Virus record (IMG/VR): IMGVR_UViG_3300037467_000583
Span: 25,342-89,341 of that record
Strand: one strand, 5' to 3'
DNA: 64,000 bases
Source: a virus
Lineage: Duplodnaviria > Caudoviricetes
The stretch's first letter is position 1, and the number at the start of each line of letters is the position of its first letter. The notes beneath the pieces are model-generated. The model was not told the DNA's origin, did not search any database, and was given only the letters and a program-made list of their open reading frames with translations. This document shows, piece after piece, positions 1-10,622 of the stretch. Position numbers and translations under genes: made by a program.

Positions 1-552
1 ACGCATCACAACAGGGTAGGCATCCTCTTTTGCAATCAAACTCAAAGTGTAGGCTGCACCTGCGTACTTCAATTCATTGAATGCCCTAGAGACAGCTTCA
101 AGCCTACCAATGATGGCATCGTTCTTCATGATGCGCTCAAAGATGTCTTTGGGATTCTCCATGCACACCCGAACGATTTCCGAGTAGGTTAGAGCGTGCA
201 GCACTTCAATTTCGCTAATCTTCAGCAGTGCTGCCCAGTATTCACTGTTTGTAACAAACGGTGCGAATAGAGGTGCAATACTGCGGGCAGCAAAGCTGTC
301 AGTCTCCCACTGAAGCGCAAGATTCTCAAGCATGATTTCTCGTGCTTCCGGCTTGCAAGTGAGCATGTCGATACGACTTTGCTCAAGATCAATTTCATCT
401 TCGGACCAATCAGCGGACTTTTGATCCTTGTAATACTTAAACAGTTTAGGGTGTGCTACGTTGATGCTATCGTACAGTCCGGGGGCTTGCCCTAGAAACA
501 AACTGTACTTGCCAGTCTTCCATTCATCATTATCTTGGTTAAATACAGTCAT
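1..552 (-). CDS. nrdB: Ribonucleotide reductase class Ia beta subunit (5' part; runs off the window)
   Basis: Hand translation MTVFNQDNDEWKTGKYSLFLGQAPGLYDSIN...WSEDEIDL...QWETDSFAARS...EIEVLHALTYS matches R2 N-terminus and first iron-ligand motifs; directly follows nrdA. Confidence 0.93.
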   Translation of the reverse strand, partial: MTVFNQDNDEWKTGKYSLFLGQAPGLYDSINVAHPKLFKYYKDQKSADWSEDEIDLEQSRIDMLTCKPEAREIMLENLALQWETDSFAARSIAPLFAPFVTNSEYWAALLKISEIEVLHALTYSEIVRVCMENPKDIFERIMKNDAIIGRLEAVSRAFNELKYAGAAYTLSLIAKEDAYPVVMR

Positions 553-560
553 GTTCATCC

Positions 561-2798
561 TTACAATTTGCAGCTTTCGCACTCAGCCTCATTTTCTTCA
601 AGAGTGAGGCCAGCTTTGGTGTTGGAATAGTATCCGGACTTATGGCCGCACGTAATGCGGTAGAGCCAGTCTTCAAACATCTCCGTTGCACTAATCTTAG
701 GCGTCACACCCGCAGGGAAAGCACGGTACTTGTCAGCACTAATAGCCTGCCCACAGAACTTCTGGAAGATGCCGTACATCTCAGCAATATCCTTAGCTGG
801 AACAGTCCAAGCCAACTGATACGCATCTTTCAATTCTTCCAAGTCCGGTGCAAGAAACACATTTTTGTTAGTGCCACTCGTCTTAACAACCACAAGCTCA
901 CGAACCGGATAAATACTATTGGTCGTGTTGCCAGCAATGCTGCTTGATTCGACAGGCATATACGCTTCAAGAACGCTGTTACGCATGCCGTGCTCTGCAA
1001 TCTCCTTACGAAGACCTTCCCAATCACACAGAAGGGGTTGATTCGTCACATTATCGATGTGTTTGCAGTAGGTGTCAATAGGCAACCAGCCATCTGCATA
1101 CTTCGTCTTGTGGAACCAATCGCACTTGCCACGCTCCTTGGCAAGACGCACACTAGCCTTGTGGAGCCAGTAAGAATGCATCTCAGCTAGTCGGTGCATG
1201 TAAGCTTTACCCTCTGCCGTATCGTATCGAAGCCCCTTAACTGCCATATCATGTGCAAGGTTTGTGATACCAATGCCAGCAGAACGACGAGCCTGTGCAG
1301 TGTACTTCAGATGCGGGAACGGGTAGTCCATGATCGAAATCACGTTGTCAACCATCTTGAGAGTGCGGTACGCCACTTCCTCATACATTTCAGGTGTCAC
1401 ACGCCCTGCAACAATTGCACCTAGATTGCACAGACCAATCTCACCCTGCACATCATCGTCCATTCGGTAAAGCTCGGTAACATCCTTGTAGCCTTGTGTC
1501 GGCAGGCCGATTTCTTGGCAAAGGTTAGAGCTATACACAGGGTCTTTGAACGGCGTATGGCGGTTCAGTTCATACGTATTGTGCTCGTACATCCGACCCG
1601 TCTCTTCTTCCATACGAAGGAACTCTAGAGCAAGTTTACGCGCAGGAATAAACTTCTTACGCTTGCTGCTCTTTTCGTGTTCCTCATACAGCTTCTCAAA
1701 GCTGCCGTCTGCACGGTACATCGCTTCCCACAGATTAGGATTCACCTTATAGCTGATGTTCATCCACTGCTCATTCTTAGCAGCCTTCTCTGCAAGCAGA
1801 GGGTGGAAGCCAAAACTGTAGTCGAGTCGTCGCTCTGCTTTCGATGCAACAGTAGTTGGGTGACGAAGGCGCAGCAACGTCTCAATCTCAGGATCAAGAG
1901 CATTGATGTGCATCGTCTCCGCACCGCCACGACCGCCTTGCAGGTTGGCATTCACAGCACTTGCCTGTGCATTGTAGTACGGCAGTTTCCCACCGTGGCG
2001 AATAGTATTCTTACGAACACCATCTCCCTTACTACGAGTCATCAGCATGCCGCCAATGCCTGCACTGGAAGCTGTCATAATCGTTGCAATGTGATCGCCA
2101 GCAGCCAAACTGCCAAGTTCATCGTTACTCTTGTAAACGCAGCAAGAAGCATAAGTGCGCTTAGGGGTGCCAAGATTGTTAATGTTAGGCGTAGGCGCAT
2201 TGATGCGACCAGTTGCGTAATCTTCGTAGAATGCTCGCACTTCCTGCATGCGAGTGGCCTTAGGCTCATCTTTGCACACCCCAAGAGCCATACGCATCCA
2301 CACGAATGCGGGTGACTCCAACACAATGTTTTTCTCGATATCCTTGATAGCGTATTTAGTCGTGATTTGGTTGATGACAGAGTAGACGCTATTCAAGTCA
2401 CGTTCGTGGTTGATGAACGACTGTGCAGCAAGCAGGTCCAAGTCAGTGTAGCCCATGTCTTCCCACAACCCGTCTGCAACCATATCGTGGTACATTTTAA
2501 ACACAGACGGAACACACTCATGCCCACCGAACGCTTGTTTGTACACGTCACCAATTAGCAGACGGCCAGCCATTAGCATGTGCGGCGTATCTTCGTAATC
2601 CATACAAGCCTGAATCATTGCTTGTTGCAAATCCTTGGTTGTGCAGGTGTCGGGCAGCTTTTGATAGGTGTCAGCAACAATGCCAAACCAGTCCACACCG
2701 ATGTTACCTGCCCACTTTGCCCAACGAGTAAGCTTCTCAGGATCAAACGGGACAACAGAACCATCCCGCTTAGTAACCATAATATGCTTCTCAGTCAT
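561..2798 (-). CDS. nrdA: Ribonucleotide reductase class Ia alpha subunit
   Basis: N-terminal ATP cone (VTKRDG), SNLCQEI active-site motif, LCNLGAI, GIGITNLA, C-terminal CESC. Confidence 0.97.
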   Translation of the reverse strand: MTEKHIMVTKRDGSVVPFDPEKLTRWAKWAGNIGVDWFGIVADTYQKLPDTCTTKDLQQAMIQACMDYEDTPHMLMAGRLLIGDVYKQAFGGHECVPSVFKMYHDMVADGLWEDMGYTDLDLLAAQSFINHERDLNSVYSVINQITTKYAIKDIEKNIVLESPAFVWMRMALGVCKDEPKATRMQEVRAFYEDYATGRINAPTPNINNLGTPKRTYASCCVYKSNDELGSLAAGDHIATIMTASSAGIGGMLMTRSKGDGVRKNTIRHGGKLPYYNAQASAVNANLQGGRGGAETMHINALDPEIETLLRLRHPTTVASKAERRLDYSFGFHPLLAEKAAKNEQWMNISYKVNPNLWEAMYRADGSFEKLYEEHEKSSKRKKFIPARKLALEFLRMEEETGRMYEHNTYELNRHTPFKDPVYSSNLCQEIGLPTQGYKDVTELYRMDDDVQGEIGLCNLGAIVAGRVTPEMYEEVAYRTLKMVDNVISIMDYPFPHLKYTAQARRSAGIGITNLAHDMAVKGLRYDTAEGKAYMHRLAEMHSYWLHKASVRLAKERGKCDWFHKTKYADGWLPIDTYCKHIDNVTNQPLLCDWEGLRKEIAEHGMRNSVLEAYMPVESSSIAGNTTNSIYPVRELVVVKTSGTNKNVFLAPDLEELKDAYQLAWTVPAKDIAEMYGIFQKFCGQAISADKYRAFPAGVTPKISATEMFEDWLYRITCGHKSGYYSNTKAGLTLEENEAECESCKL

Positions 2799-3374
2799 TT
2801 AAACTCCTTCTACATTCTTACGTTTATGCTTCTTACGCTTCTTCTCAGCAGGCTTAGGATTATGATAGTCCTCCAACGTTTTGTATCCACCGTCAGGATT
2901 CCTCTGATCGCCCCGAATATGAAACAGAATATCTTCTAGCTGAATAATCTGGTTAACAATCTCAAGTTCCTCTGCCTTGTACTCTTCAGCTTCCTTGGTA
3001 GGAATGTTATCATCCAGAGCGTGTGAACCTCCATATTGAGGGCACGTGTGCCCCATAGCATACAGTTCTTCATAGAGGCTCTTGTCCTGCGCCTGAGCAG
3101 CCAACATCACATCTTCTAGAGTGCTGTACGGACCTTTGATGTGCCTACGAGCAAAATTATACTCGCCTGCAAACAAATAGCCAACCCTCACTTCGTTCTT
3201 CAACGTTCGGTGTTGTGCTGCATATACGTGCACAGCTTTGTTTGTGTCGAATCCAAGTTCAGCAAGAACGCCATACACTTTGTCTGCGTTGTCAAGATGA
3301 ACAAGATCAAATTGATTCATGCCTTGCAACGGCTCTGCAAGCAGCAGATCATATACGCTAATTACCTTAGACAT
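2799..3374 (-). CDS. Hypothetical phage protein
   Basis: Long ORF co-oriented in the operon; start taken at MSKVIS. Confidence 0.7.
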   Translation of the reverse strand: MSKVISVYDLLLAEPLQGMNQFDLVHLDNADKVYGVLAELGFDTNKAVHVYAAQHRTLKNEVRVGYLFAGEYNFARRHIKGPYSTLEDVMLAAQAQDKSLYEELYAMGHTCPQYGGSHALDDNIPTKEAEEYKAEELEIVNQIIQLEDILFHIRGDQRNPDGGYKTLEDYHNPKPAEKKRKKHKRKNVEGV

Positions 3375-3825
3375 TATCACCTCCGAAGAAATTATCGGGT
3401 ACAAGATCATCTAAGATAACGGACTCAAAACCAATAGGCTTACGAATCTTACCCTTGTTATCTTTAATGACAATGACTCCGTACTCTTCGTTGTCTTCAA
3501 AAGAGTAGTCAGACGGATAGTCCGACATGAAGAGGGACGGAACAAACTTATCATTATTGTTCTTAGTCACTCGACGTAGTGCTTCGTCCACATTAAATCC
3601 AGCTTTTTCCATAGCTTGCAGTAGTCCACATGTAACAACAAACACGTCACATGCCCCGTCAAGAAGTTCTACGCTGTCTCCGGTTGCGTGCAAAGCAGTA
3701 ATTGTCTCAGCAAGCTCCTCTTTAATAAGGTCTACATACAGACAAACTGCCTCAAATGGCTCGTCGAAAGACTTGCCGATCTTATTAAATTTCAACACTT
3801 CGTCATAATGCTTTTGAATATTCAT
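3367..3825 (-). CDS. MazG-like / PRA-PH family NTP pyrophosphohydrolase
   Basis: LIKEELAE...ELLDGACDVFVV...VTKNNNDKF all-alpha NTP-PPase pattern. Confidence 0.75.
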   Translation of the reverse strand: MNIQKHYDEVLKFNKIGKSFDEPFEAVCLYVDLIKEELAETITALHATGDSVELLDGACDVFVVTCGLLQAMEKAGFNVDEALRRVTKNNNDKFVPSLFMSDYPSDYSFEDNEEYGVIVIKDNKGKIRKPIGFESVILDDLVPDNFFGGDNV

Positions 3826-4227
3826 TTTCTCTCCCATACAACTGCTTCATATTTAGCCCAATTACCATCTTGTACATACTTGATGGCTTCTTCAGCAGTG
3901 TCAAAATGTACCACACAATCTTCAAACGTCATTGCCTCGTGCATGAAATGCCAAACGAACCAACCTTTGTACTGAGGATAATAGTACTTGCCGTATTTGT
4001 AGACACGAGTTTTCATTTCGTCCACCCAAGCTCAACAGCTTTCTGCAAGGCTTTGATGAGATAAGGTACATCTTTGTTAAGAATGTTCATGGACAAAGAA
4101 TCATCGCTTTCGATACAAATGTAAGTCCCTTTTGTCAGTTTGTAAGCATCGTCATACCCGATGTTACTACCAAAAATAATTTCATCAATAGGTTTATCTT
4201 CTGCACGAATATCAATTGAAGCCATAA

Positions 4228-5178
4228 TTATTTCCCCACATTCGTAAGACTGTTATCACTCTTGTGCTCGGAGACATTTTTACGCCCCCGATTCTGCTTC
4301 CCACAAGAAAGGCAATTATACAGCATAAACTCAGATGTGGCAGTGTAATATTTCTTGTCAATCTCAGCCAGCTTCTCACTACCGCAGCACACACAACGCA
4401 ATTTACCAGCAGGTTCGTACAGAGCTACATTGGGGTGTGTCTTACTCCAGTGCCGCAGGCGCATATACACTTCCTCTAGTACTACAACATCCTGAATGTT
4501 GTATTCAAGCATCTCGTCAAATGCCTCGTCGTCCATAGCCATACAACGAGTCCACAGCTCAAAACCGCTGTGGCTTGCTTTCCGTTGCAGGCCAAGGTAT
4601 GCAGCGATGCTATCAAGGCTATTGCTAGGGAAGCGAAACTCAGCTTTAGCAATCCGCAGCGTGTCAACAATCTTACTAGGTGCAGGTGGCGTCATGCCAA
4701 GAGCAACCATACGAGTCTTGATGAGTGGAATGTCGAACTTCTGCGCGTTGTGTGCCACGCACAGGTCTGCTTGGCTCATCAGGTCTGCAAGCTCTCGTAC
4801 AAGCACTTCGTCGTTGCGAGCTTCGTAAATACGATTGGACACGATAGTTGGCTCACCAAGCCACTTAGCAGAATACGTCAGAAGATAGCCTTCGTGAACC
4901 ACTTGCTTCTGGCTAACATTGTTGTCCCAACGGCCCCACACATACGCTGTAGTAGGGGCGCACTCGATATCAAGCAGAAGAATCTTAACACCTTTAGGAA
5001 CAACACCTTCTACAGCTTCCACTTCAGTTTCGCGGAACTTGAAGTACTTGCGCAGGTTGTCCGACACAGTGCTCTTTGCTTTGTTGATTCGACGGGCAAT
5101 TTCACGCCACGACATATCAGGATTCTCGTTAGCCAACTTTACAGCTTCTACGGCCCAATCTTTATCTGCAATATTCAT
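4228..5178 (-). CDS. N-terminal HTH + DEDD (RNase H-like) 3'-5' exonuclease + C-terminal Zn ribbon
   Basis: SWREIARRINKAKSTVSD HTH; LLLDIEC, AHNAQKFD, YNIQDV Exo I-III motifs; CxxC...CxxC. Confidence 0.8.
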   Translation of the reverse strand: MNIADKDWAVEAVKLANENPDMSWREIARRINKAKSTVSDNLRKYFKFRETEVEAVEGVVPKGVKILLLDIECAPTTAYVWGRWDNNVSQKQVVHEGYLLTYSAKWLGEPTIVSNRIYEARNDEVLVRELADLMSQADLCVAHNAQKFDIPLIKTRMVALGMTPPAPSKIVDTLRIAKAEFRFPSNSLDSIAAYLGLQRKASHSGFELWTRCMAMDDEAFDEMLEYNIQDVVVLEEVYMRLRHWSKTHPNVALYEPAGKLRCVCCGSEKLAEIDKKYYTATSEFMLYNCLSCGKQNRGRKNVSEHKSDNSLTNVGK

Positions 5179-5374
5179 TTGCTATCCTCAAACAATTTGT
5201 CAAATGCTGCCCAGCGACGCTCAACAGCCAGTTTGGCATCACTCACGATATGCGCTTGCCCGACAATGTTTTGATTGAGTTTATTGAGGATGCCAATAAT
5301 TTCCCACAAAGCAAGCAAAGTCCCGATACCAAAAAATGCAATGGCAGCGCCAATAAAAATAAACCCCTCAGCCA

Positions 5375-5977
5375 TCACACACCCTCCAATGCCGAAGCTT
5401 GCAAAGCTTCAATCTTCTTGCGCAGATCATTTTGACGGGCTTTGTAATTCCCGATAAGACGATTCCTGTGCTCAATGTCTTGTTCGTTCAACTTAATACT
5501 ACTGTCAAGCTGTGCAATTTGCTCTTTGAATTCTTTCAGAGTGCGCTGCTGCTCGGTTGTTAAAGGCTTTTTGTCAACGATTTTCCACACCTTAGACTTT
5601 ATATATGCGCTGATATCATTATAGCTCCAAGGTGCAGTTTCTTTGCTGCCATCCAGTGCATGGCACATGAAAGTGCATTCATCAATTGCAACGAACTTGT
5701 AGATTGCACCTCTCGGGACTTCAATGTAGAACTCATCCGGCAGGGATGCTTCCTTTTGCTTCGGCGTGTCGTTTACGATGATCCAACACCCATTTTCCAC
5801 CCAACACTTGACGTTGTTTTTATCAATCACAGAGTCAGGAATCACCCCAATCACTTGCGCCCAACCCCTGGCCCACTTCACCTTGTAATCGCCATAATCA
5901 TGTAACGTTGCTGTATGAGTGTATCCCGGCAAGTCCTTATCCCGAAACTGAAATTTGTCTGGAAGCTGTTTCATCAT
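5375..5977 (-). CDS. Hypothetical protein, two similar N-terminal modules plus coiled coil
   Basis: LPDKFQF...WIIV and LPDEFYI...WKIV, then heptad-rich tail. Confidence 0.65.
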   Translation of the reverse strand: MMKQLPDKFQFRDKDLPGYTHTATLHDYGDYKVKWARGWAQVIGVIPDSVIDKNNVKCWVENGCWIIVNDTPKQKEASLPDEFYIEVPRGAIYKFVAIDECTFMCHALDGSKETAPWSYNDISAYIKSKVWKIVDKKPLTTEQQRTLKEFKEQIAQLDSSIKLNEQDIEHRNRLIGNYKARQNDLRKKIEALQASALEGV

Positions 5978-6036
5978 TTCTCCTTAAGAATGTACAACAA
6001 ACGTATTCTACTCTTGTTCTTGCATATGCGCAAGGG

Positions 6037-6585
6037 TTATTTTGCTCGACGTAAGATTTCTTCTACAGCAGCCCTTCGCTTCTCGGGATTGCTAAGCTGT
6101 ACATCTGTGTAGCCATAATCATAGCAAAACTGCTTTATGTCTTTCACAGGCTTCTTGCAGATGGCAATGGCAAGCTTCTGTACCTGTGCCTCGTCCTTGG
6201 AGTAGCCATGCTTGTCCATTAATGTTTTCAAATCATGACACTCATGACACAGCACTTGCAGCCCTTCAGGCCCACAAAACAGCCGCTCTACAAAGTCTGC
6301 AATGTCATCCTTGCAATTCAGGGCACCAGCAGGAATCTTGTGATCTACTGCCACCTGTTTGCTCTCAAAAAGCATGTCGCACTCGGCACATACGTAGCTC
6401 CATTTGCGACGCTTGTTGTCTCCTTTGTAGGGCACCTTGGCTTTGTCTAAAGCTTCATAGATGGCAGACCAGCGACGAGACAGCTTGCGAAGTCCGCTTC
6501 TCAACCATGTATAGAACTCCACAGGCTTCTTATCTTTCTTACGGCTTGTAGACATACCCCTCCGCTTCGTTCTTGTTGCGGACAT
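6037..6585 (-). CDS. HNH endonuclease
   Basis: CAEC...VDHKIP...LQVLCHECHDLKT. Confidence 0.85.
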   Translation of the reverse strand: MSATRTKRRGMSTSRKKDKKPVEFYTWLRSGLRKLSRRWSAIYEALDKAKVPYKGDNKRRKWSYVCAECDMLFESKQVAVDHKIPAGALNCKDDIADFVERLFCGPEGLQVLCHECHDLKTLMDKHGYSKDEAQVQKLAIAICKKPVKDIKQFCYDYGYTDVQLSNPEKRRAAVEEILRRAK

Positions 6586-6940
6586 AGTTGTACACGTTAA
6601 GAATCTTAAGGCCGCTAATGTCCAAGGAAAAGAAACGCTTCACAACACGTTCTTCGTAAGACAGTGTGTCCAACACTTTCCAACCATACCAAGTTTCTAC
6701 AGGCATGTATCGCACTGGGAAAGATTTTTGCTCAGTCATCTTGCACCACCACATCTGCAAGATTGTCAGGCAAGGTTGTAAGTTCACCAAGCCAGATATC
6801 ATCTATTACGCGGCAGTCATAAAGCAAGCCTATTGCACGCAGAACTTCTCTAGCACCCAGAGAGTTGTTTTGTGCTTCCAATTTGCCGTCAACATACAAG
6901 CCTTCCCAATCATCGCCAACAACAAAAGTGATTTGCTTTT

Positions 6941-7897
6941 TCATACTTCAATCTCCAATTTCTCACAAAGTTTCTTCACATCAAGCCTGTCACCTTCCCA
7001 CCTACGCATGTGCACGCAATCGGCGTACATCTGCCAGATAGTGAGCCAATCTGCTTTGTGACGAGAATCATCCCATGCAGTGTAGTAGACTTCTTCAGGA
7101 TACCACTCGCGGTACTTATCCACAACAGCCTGCACAGCTTCCTTGTCCGTCGTACAATCCTTAAGAAGCTTATATGCGCCCTTCTCGCCAAACTTCTTCT
7201 TAGCAATCTCGGACGGCTTATAACAATCTGCTGGGTCGCCAAAGAGCATTTGGAAATAGGCAAACACCCTACCGTAACCTTTTACCTCGTCCTTGTCATT
7301 CAAATACAACTTACCAAATCCATCTACAAACTCAGGCTCCTCCATGTGCAGCCAGTTGAACTGCCAGCCGGGAGTGGCGTTATCGTCTTTATCGATTGTT
7401 ACAGACACTACGTATTCTTTCTTGCGATAGCCTTGGTACTTGTAGGCTGCAATCAGATCATCAGCTTCGCCCAGAGCCACCTCTGCGTTGTGCTTGTCAA
7501 TAAGATATTGCTTGGCTTCTTCAAGATTAATCGGCTTAGAAATGTTACTGCGATTGTCCTTGTACTGAGTTGGCAGCGGAAGATGCTTACGAAAATTGCC
7601 ATCGCTTGGACCTGAAACAACAATGTGATATGCATCACACTTAGTCTTCTGCAAAATCATCTTGAGCATTTGCTTCATCGCATAGATGGTGTTGGCAATT
7701 GGTTCAGGTGTTTGTACGGGTTTAAGATCGTAATCACCCGCTTCGCTGCCTGCCCACTCCTTGAACAGTGTAACAGTGTCGAACTCAAGCTCGCTAAGAT
7801 TTTCTTTGTGTGTGGCGATTACGCTCCGCTTCTCCGTAGCTGCTGCACAACGGTATGCAAGCAAGTCGCCATCAATCACCGCTAGTCGTTCTGTCAT
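6941..7897 (-). CDS. 5'-3' exonuclease (T7 gp6/T5 D15-like)
   Basis: VIDGDLLAY, YKDNR, EADDLI, TIDKDD, GDPADCY motifs; start at MTERLAVID. Confidence 0.9.
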   Translation of the reverse strand: MTERLAVIDGDLLAYRCAAATEKRSVIATHKENLSELEFDTVTLFKEWAGSEAGDYDLKPVQTPEPIANTIYAMKQMLKMILQKTKCDAYHIVVSGPSDGNFRKHLPLPTQYKDNRSNISKPINLEEAKQYLIDKHNAEVALGEADDLIAAYKYQGYRKKEYVVSVTIDKDDNATPGWQFNWLHMEEPEFVDGFGKLYLNDKDEVKGYGRVFAYFQMLFGDPADCYKPSEIAKKKFGEKGAYKLLKDCTTDKEAVQAVVDKYREWYPEEVYYTAWDDSRHKADWLTIWQMYADCVHMRRWEGDRLDVKKLCEKLEIEV

Positions 7898-8676
7898 ACA
7901 GGCTCCCACGTGTCCCAATAGCTCCTAGGTCCAAACGGTTTTTCTTCGTTCTTCCATTCTTCGTACTCAATGCCAACACTCTTCAGCAAATCATATGCAT
8001 TGTCAGGCATAATTTTGGCTGCATCCGGTGCAGTAATCTCGGCATCCTTGAACAGATCAAGTGCATTGTCGAGAGAGAATTCTTTGTCAGTTTCGATAGC
8101 AGCCTTCTCCCCATATTGACCACCAATTGCCTTAGCCAGATCATCCCATGAATTCAGTTCCACCTTCTGGCAAGCAAGACCAATACGAAGCAGATCGCTC
8201 TTACCAATCTTATAGCCACGATCTTGATACTTAAGCACACGCATAAGGGAGCCGTACGGGTAGCGAGTGCCGCTGTGAAAGCGCAAGAATCGCTGCGAAT
8301 TGTGTTTGAAGAAGTCCTCATGAAAGACAAAATCTTTTTGATCAATATCGTATGCACCCATCACAGCGGTGTAGTCGAACGCATCGAACACAGCTTCAGC
8401 AGTTGGAAAGAAATCGAAATGCATAAGCTGCACAACACTGTCACGCTGTGCAAAAGTGATAGCACGGTCAGTTGCAGCGAGACACCACATACCATCGTCA
8501 TACGCATCTGCCACAGCATTGATGAAATCTTCTTTGGTCTTGAAATAAAAATCTACGTCATTGATCGGCTGACCAGTGAAAGCGGATGTAAGTGCACCAC
8601 CTGCAATGAATGCGCCTTTCGGCATGAAATGATACGCTGCTTGTTTGATTTGTTGAAATTCTTTCGCATGCTGCAT
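7894..8676 (-). CDS. Nucleotidyltransferase, class II CCA-adding/poly(A) polymerase-like head domain
   Basis: IAGGALTS...NDVDFYF, FDYTAVMGAY (cf. RDFTINA), RVLKYQDRGY. Confidence 0.7.
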   Translation of the reverse strand: MQHAKEFQQIKQAAYHFMPKGAFIAGGALTSAFTGQPINDVDFYFKTKEDFINAVADAYDDGMWCLAATDRAITFAQRDSVVQLMHFDFFPTAEAVFDAFDYTAVMGAYDIDQKDFVFHEDFFKHNSQRFLRFHSGTRYPYGSLMRVLKYQDRGYKIGKSDLLRIGLACQKVELNSWDDLAKAIGGQYGEKAAIETDKEFSLDNALDLFKDAEITAPDAAKIMPDNAYDLLKSVGIEYEEWKNEEKPFGPRSYWDTWEPV

Positions 8677-8693
8677 TAAGTTTCCCCCTTAAG

Positions 8694-8723
8694 AAAAATG
8701 CCCCACCCCTTGCGGAGCAGGGC
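8694..8723 (-). terminator. Intrinsic terminator
   Basis: Minus strand GCCCTGCTCC-GCAA-GGGGTGGGGC followed by ATTTTT. Confidence 0.6.
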
Positions 8724-8728
8724 TTGTG

Positions 8729-9262
8729 TTAGTCGTCTTGCTTCCAGCGACTGCCTTTCTCTGTTGCTTTTAGTGTCAAACGATCTTGCTCGTGGTCGTG
8801 CTCACGATGCACTTCCGCATGATGTTTTGTACAGAGCCAAATCACGTCAAGCGGTATGTCATAATGAACGTGATGACCTTCGACATTTTCCGTCGTGCCG
8901 CAAACCCAACAGGGCAGCTTGGATAATTTGCCATCCCGTACTGCATTATTAACTGCCGTGGTCGCAGCTTTCCTCGCTTTGTCGTAGGTGTAACTTTTTC
9001 TGTATTCAGCAATCTTTGCCCTAACTTCGGGTTTGGATTCCCTCAACTTCTTTTGCTGCTTGCGTTCGGGTTCTGTGCTACGCAATCTATCATAAGCGTT
9101 GTAATACTCTTCGCGCTTCTTGCGGTTTGTGCGAACATCAAGCTTGTTACACTCTTTACATTTGTTGACGTGACCATCAGCCATCTCTGGATGCTTATAG
9201 TAGTCGGAGAGAGGTTTAATCTCCCCGCACTTAAAGCACGCCTTATTTACTAGCGTCTCCAT
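8729..9262 (-). CDS. HNH-type endonuclease with N-terminal Zn finger
   Basis: CFKC...CKEC and CWVC...EGHH...VIWLCTKHH. Confidence 0.8.
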   Translation of the reverse strand: METLVNKACFKCGEIKPLSDYYKHPEMADGHVNKCKECNKLDVRTNRKKREEYYNAYDRLRSTEPERKQQKKLRESKPEVRAKIAEYRKSYTYDKARKAATTAVNNAVRDGKLSKLPCWVCGTTENVEGHHVHYDIPLDVIWLCTKHHAEVHREHDHEQDRLTLKATEKGSRWKQDD

Positions 9263-9269
9263 CTACATC

Positions 9270-10310
9270 CTAGAAAGGCGTATCTTCCATATCATCAAAG
9301 TTTGGCGCAGGCTTGTTAGGCGCTTTCGGCTGTGCCACAGGGGCAGCAGCTTCACCATCACCCGGCTTGCCATTTGGGAACTTAGCACGAATCTCTTGCA
9401 GTTCTTTGTCACCTTCAACAATCTTCTCTGCAATTTCCTTAGCCTTCGCGATGATTTCCTTCTCACCATCTGCACCATTACGCTCTACAACAGCCTCTTG
9501 CATCTTGGAGCCAACATACTCTTCAGCCAGAACAATCTTACGCAGATCGGCAATGCGGAGCAGATCAAACTTAGCAAGACCGCCAAGTTCTTCCTTCTCT
9601 TCAAGCAGATCGTCGTCATCAAAGCCGACAGACACAGCAGGCATGATCGCAGGTTCAGGCTTCATACCTTTCATGAGAGGGACAGGCGACTTAAGCTTGG
9701 TGTTAACAAACTTCTTGTCATCCTTCTCTTGCACCTTCACTTCCAGATTGAACATGAACGGCTTAGCCAGCAGTTGCGAGATGTCGTTCAGCTTAGGATT
9801 CTTGTAATCCGCCTTAAAGATGACATCACTAACTTTCGTACCATCTTCATACTTAGTTACACCTGCAATCTTGTAGAAGTTGGACGTACTTGCCAGAAGC
9901 CACGGACGACCTTTAATGTAGTTGCCATCAGGGTCACGAGGCGCCACAGTGGTGAAGTTTAGACCTTCCGACATACCGCGAGTTACAGGGTGTAGAGGCA
10001 GACGAATGTTCTTAACACCAATGTCACCTTCGTAATCATGAGTTTGGTCCAACAGATCGATGTAGCAAGCAATCTTTTGCTCAACAGCGTCATCTTTAGG
10101 CCACAGGATTTTATCCTCTCCCGTCACCTTATCTTGCTCACGCTTGCCTGCACTATCTTTAGCAAACTTCGGCAGCTTCTTGTGGCTTCCAAGATCAACC
10201 AGCAGACCCACTTGAACAGGAACCAAACCCTCTTCAGGGATGATCGGCACGAATGCTTTCTGTTCAGTGTTCTCGTTACGTGCAGGAGCGTTGATATTGC
10301 GTGGTTTCAT
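9270..10310 (-). CDS. Probable single-stranded DNA-binding protein
   Basis: In replication cluster; Pro/Ala/Lys linker and acidic C-terminus NFDDMEDTPF. Confidence 0.55.
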   Translation of the reverse strand: MKPRNINAPARNENTEQKAFVPIIPEEGLVPVQVGLLVDLGSHKKLPKFAKDSAGKREQDKVTGEDKILWPKDDAVEQKIACYIDLLDQTHDYEGDIGVKNIRLPLHPVTRGMSEGLNFTTVAPRDPDGNYIKGRPWLLASTSNFYKIAGVTKYEDGTKVSDVIFKADYKNPKLNDISQLLAKPFMFNLEVKVQEKDDKKFVNTKLKSPVPLMKGMKPEPAIMPAVSVGFDDDDLLEEKEELGGLAKFDLLRIADLRKIVLAEEYVGSKMQEAVVERNGADGEKEIIAKAKEIAEKIVEGDKELQEIRAKFPNGKPGDGEAAAPVAQPKAPNKPAPNFDDMEDTPF

Positions 10311-10403
10311 AAATTATATTTCCTTTAGAGTAAATTGTTGTGTGCAAGCACACTCTTAAGCGCTAGAGCCAGCGCAGGCTTTGTCCTGAGAATGCAGGAC
10401 GCA

Positions 10404-10613
10404 TCAGAACAACTTTTTATTCCAGAACCCCGTGTGGTGTGCAGTGTAGAACAAACAATACAAAACTGACACGATATTCAAAATAGGAATTAAGCTCAGG
10501 ATGACATAACCAGCCATCAGACCGATAGTAACATCTTGTTCATCAACCTTCTTACTTGCGAGACAGTATGTAAATACACAGAACATTGAAAACAACAAAT
10601 AGATCAATAGCAT
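10404..10613 (-). CDS. Small membrane protein
   Basis: Two hydrophobic segments. Confidence 0.6.
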   Translation of the reverse strand: MLLIYLLFSMFCVFTYCLASKKVDEQDVTIGLMAGYVILSLIPILNIVSVLYCLFYTAHHTGFWNKKLF

Positions 10614-10622
10614 TATTCCACC

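Noticed and set aside
7116-7124. Single perfect DnaA box (also one at 34392-34400 on the minus strand)
   Set aside because: Isolated 9-mers inside CDSs are compatible with chance in 64 kb.
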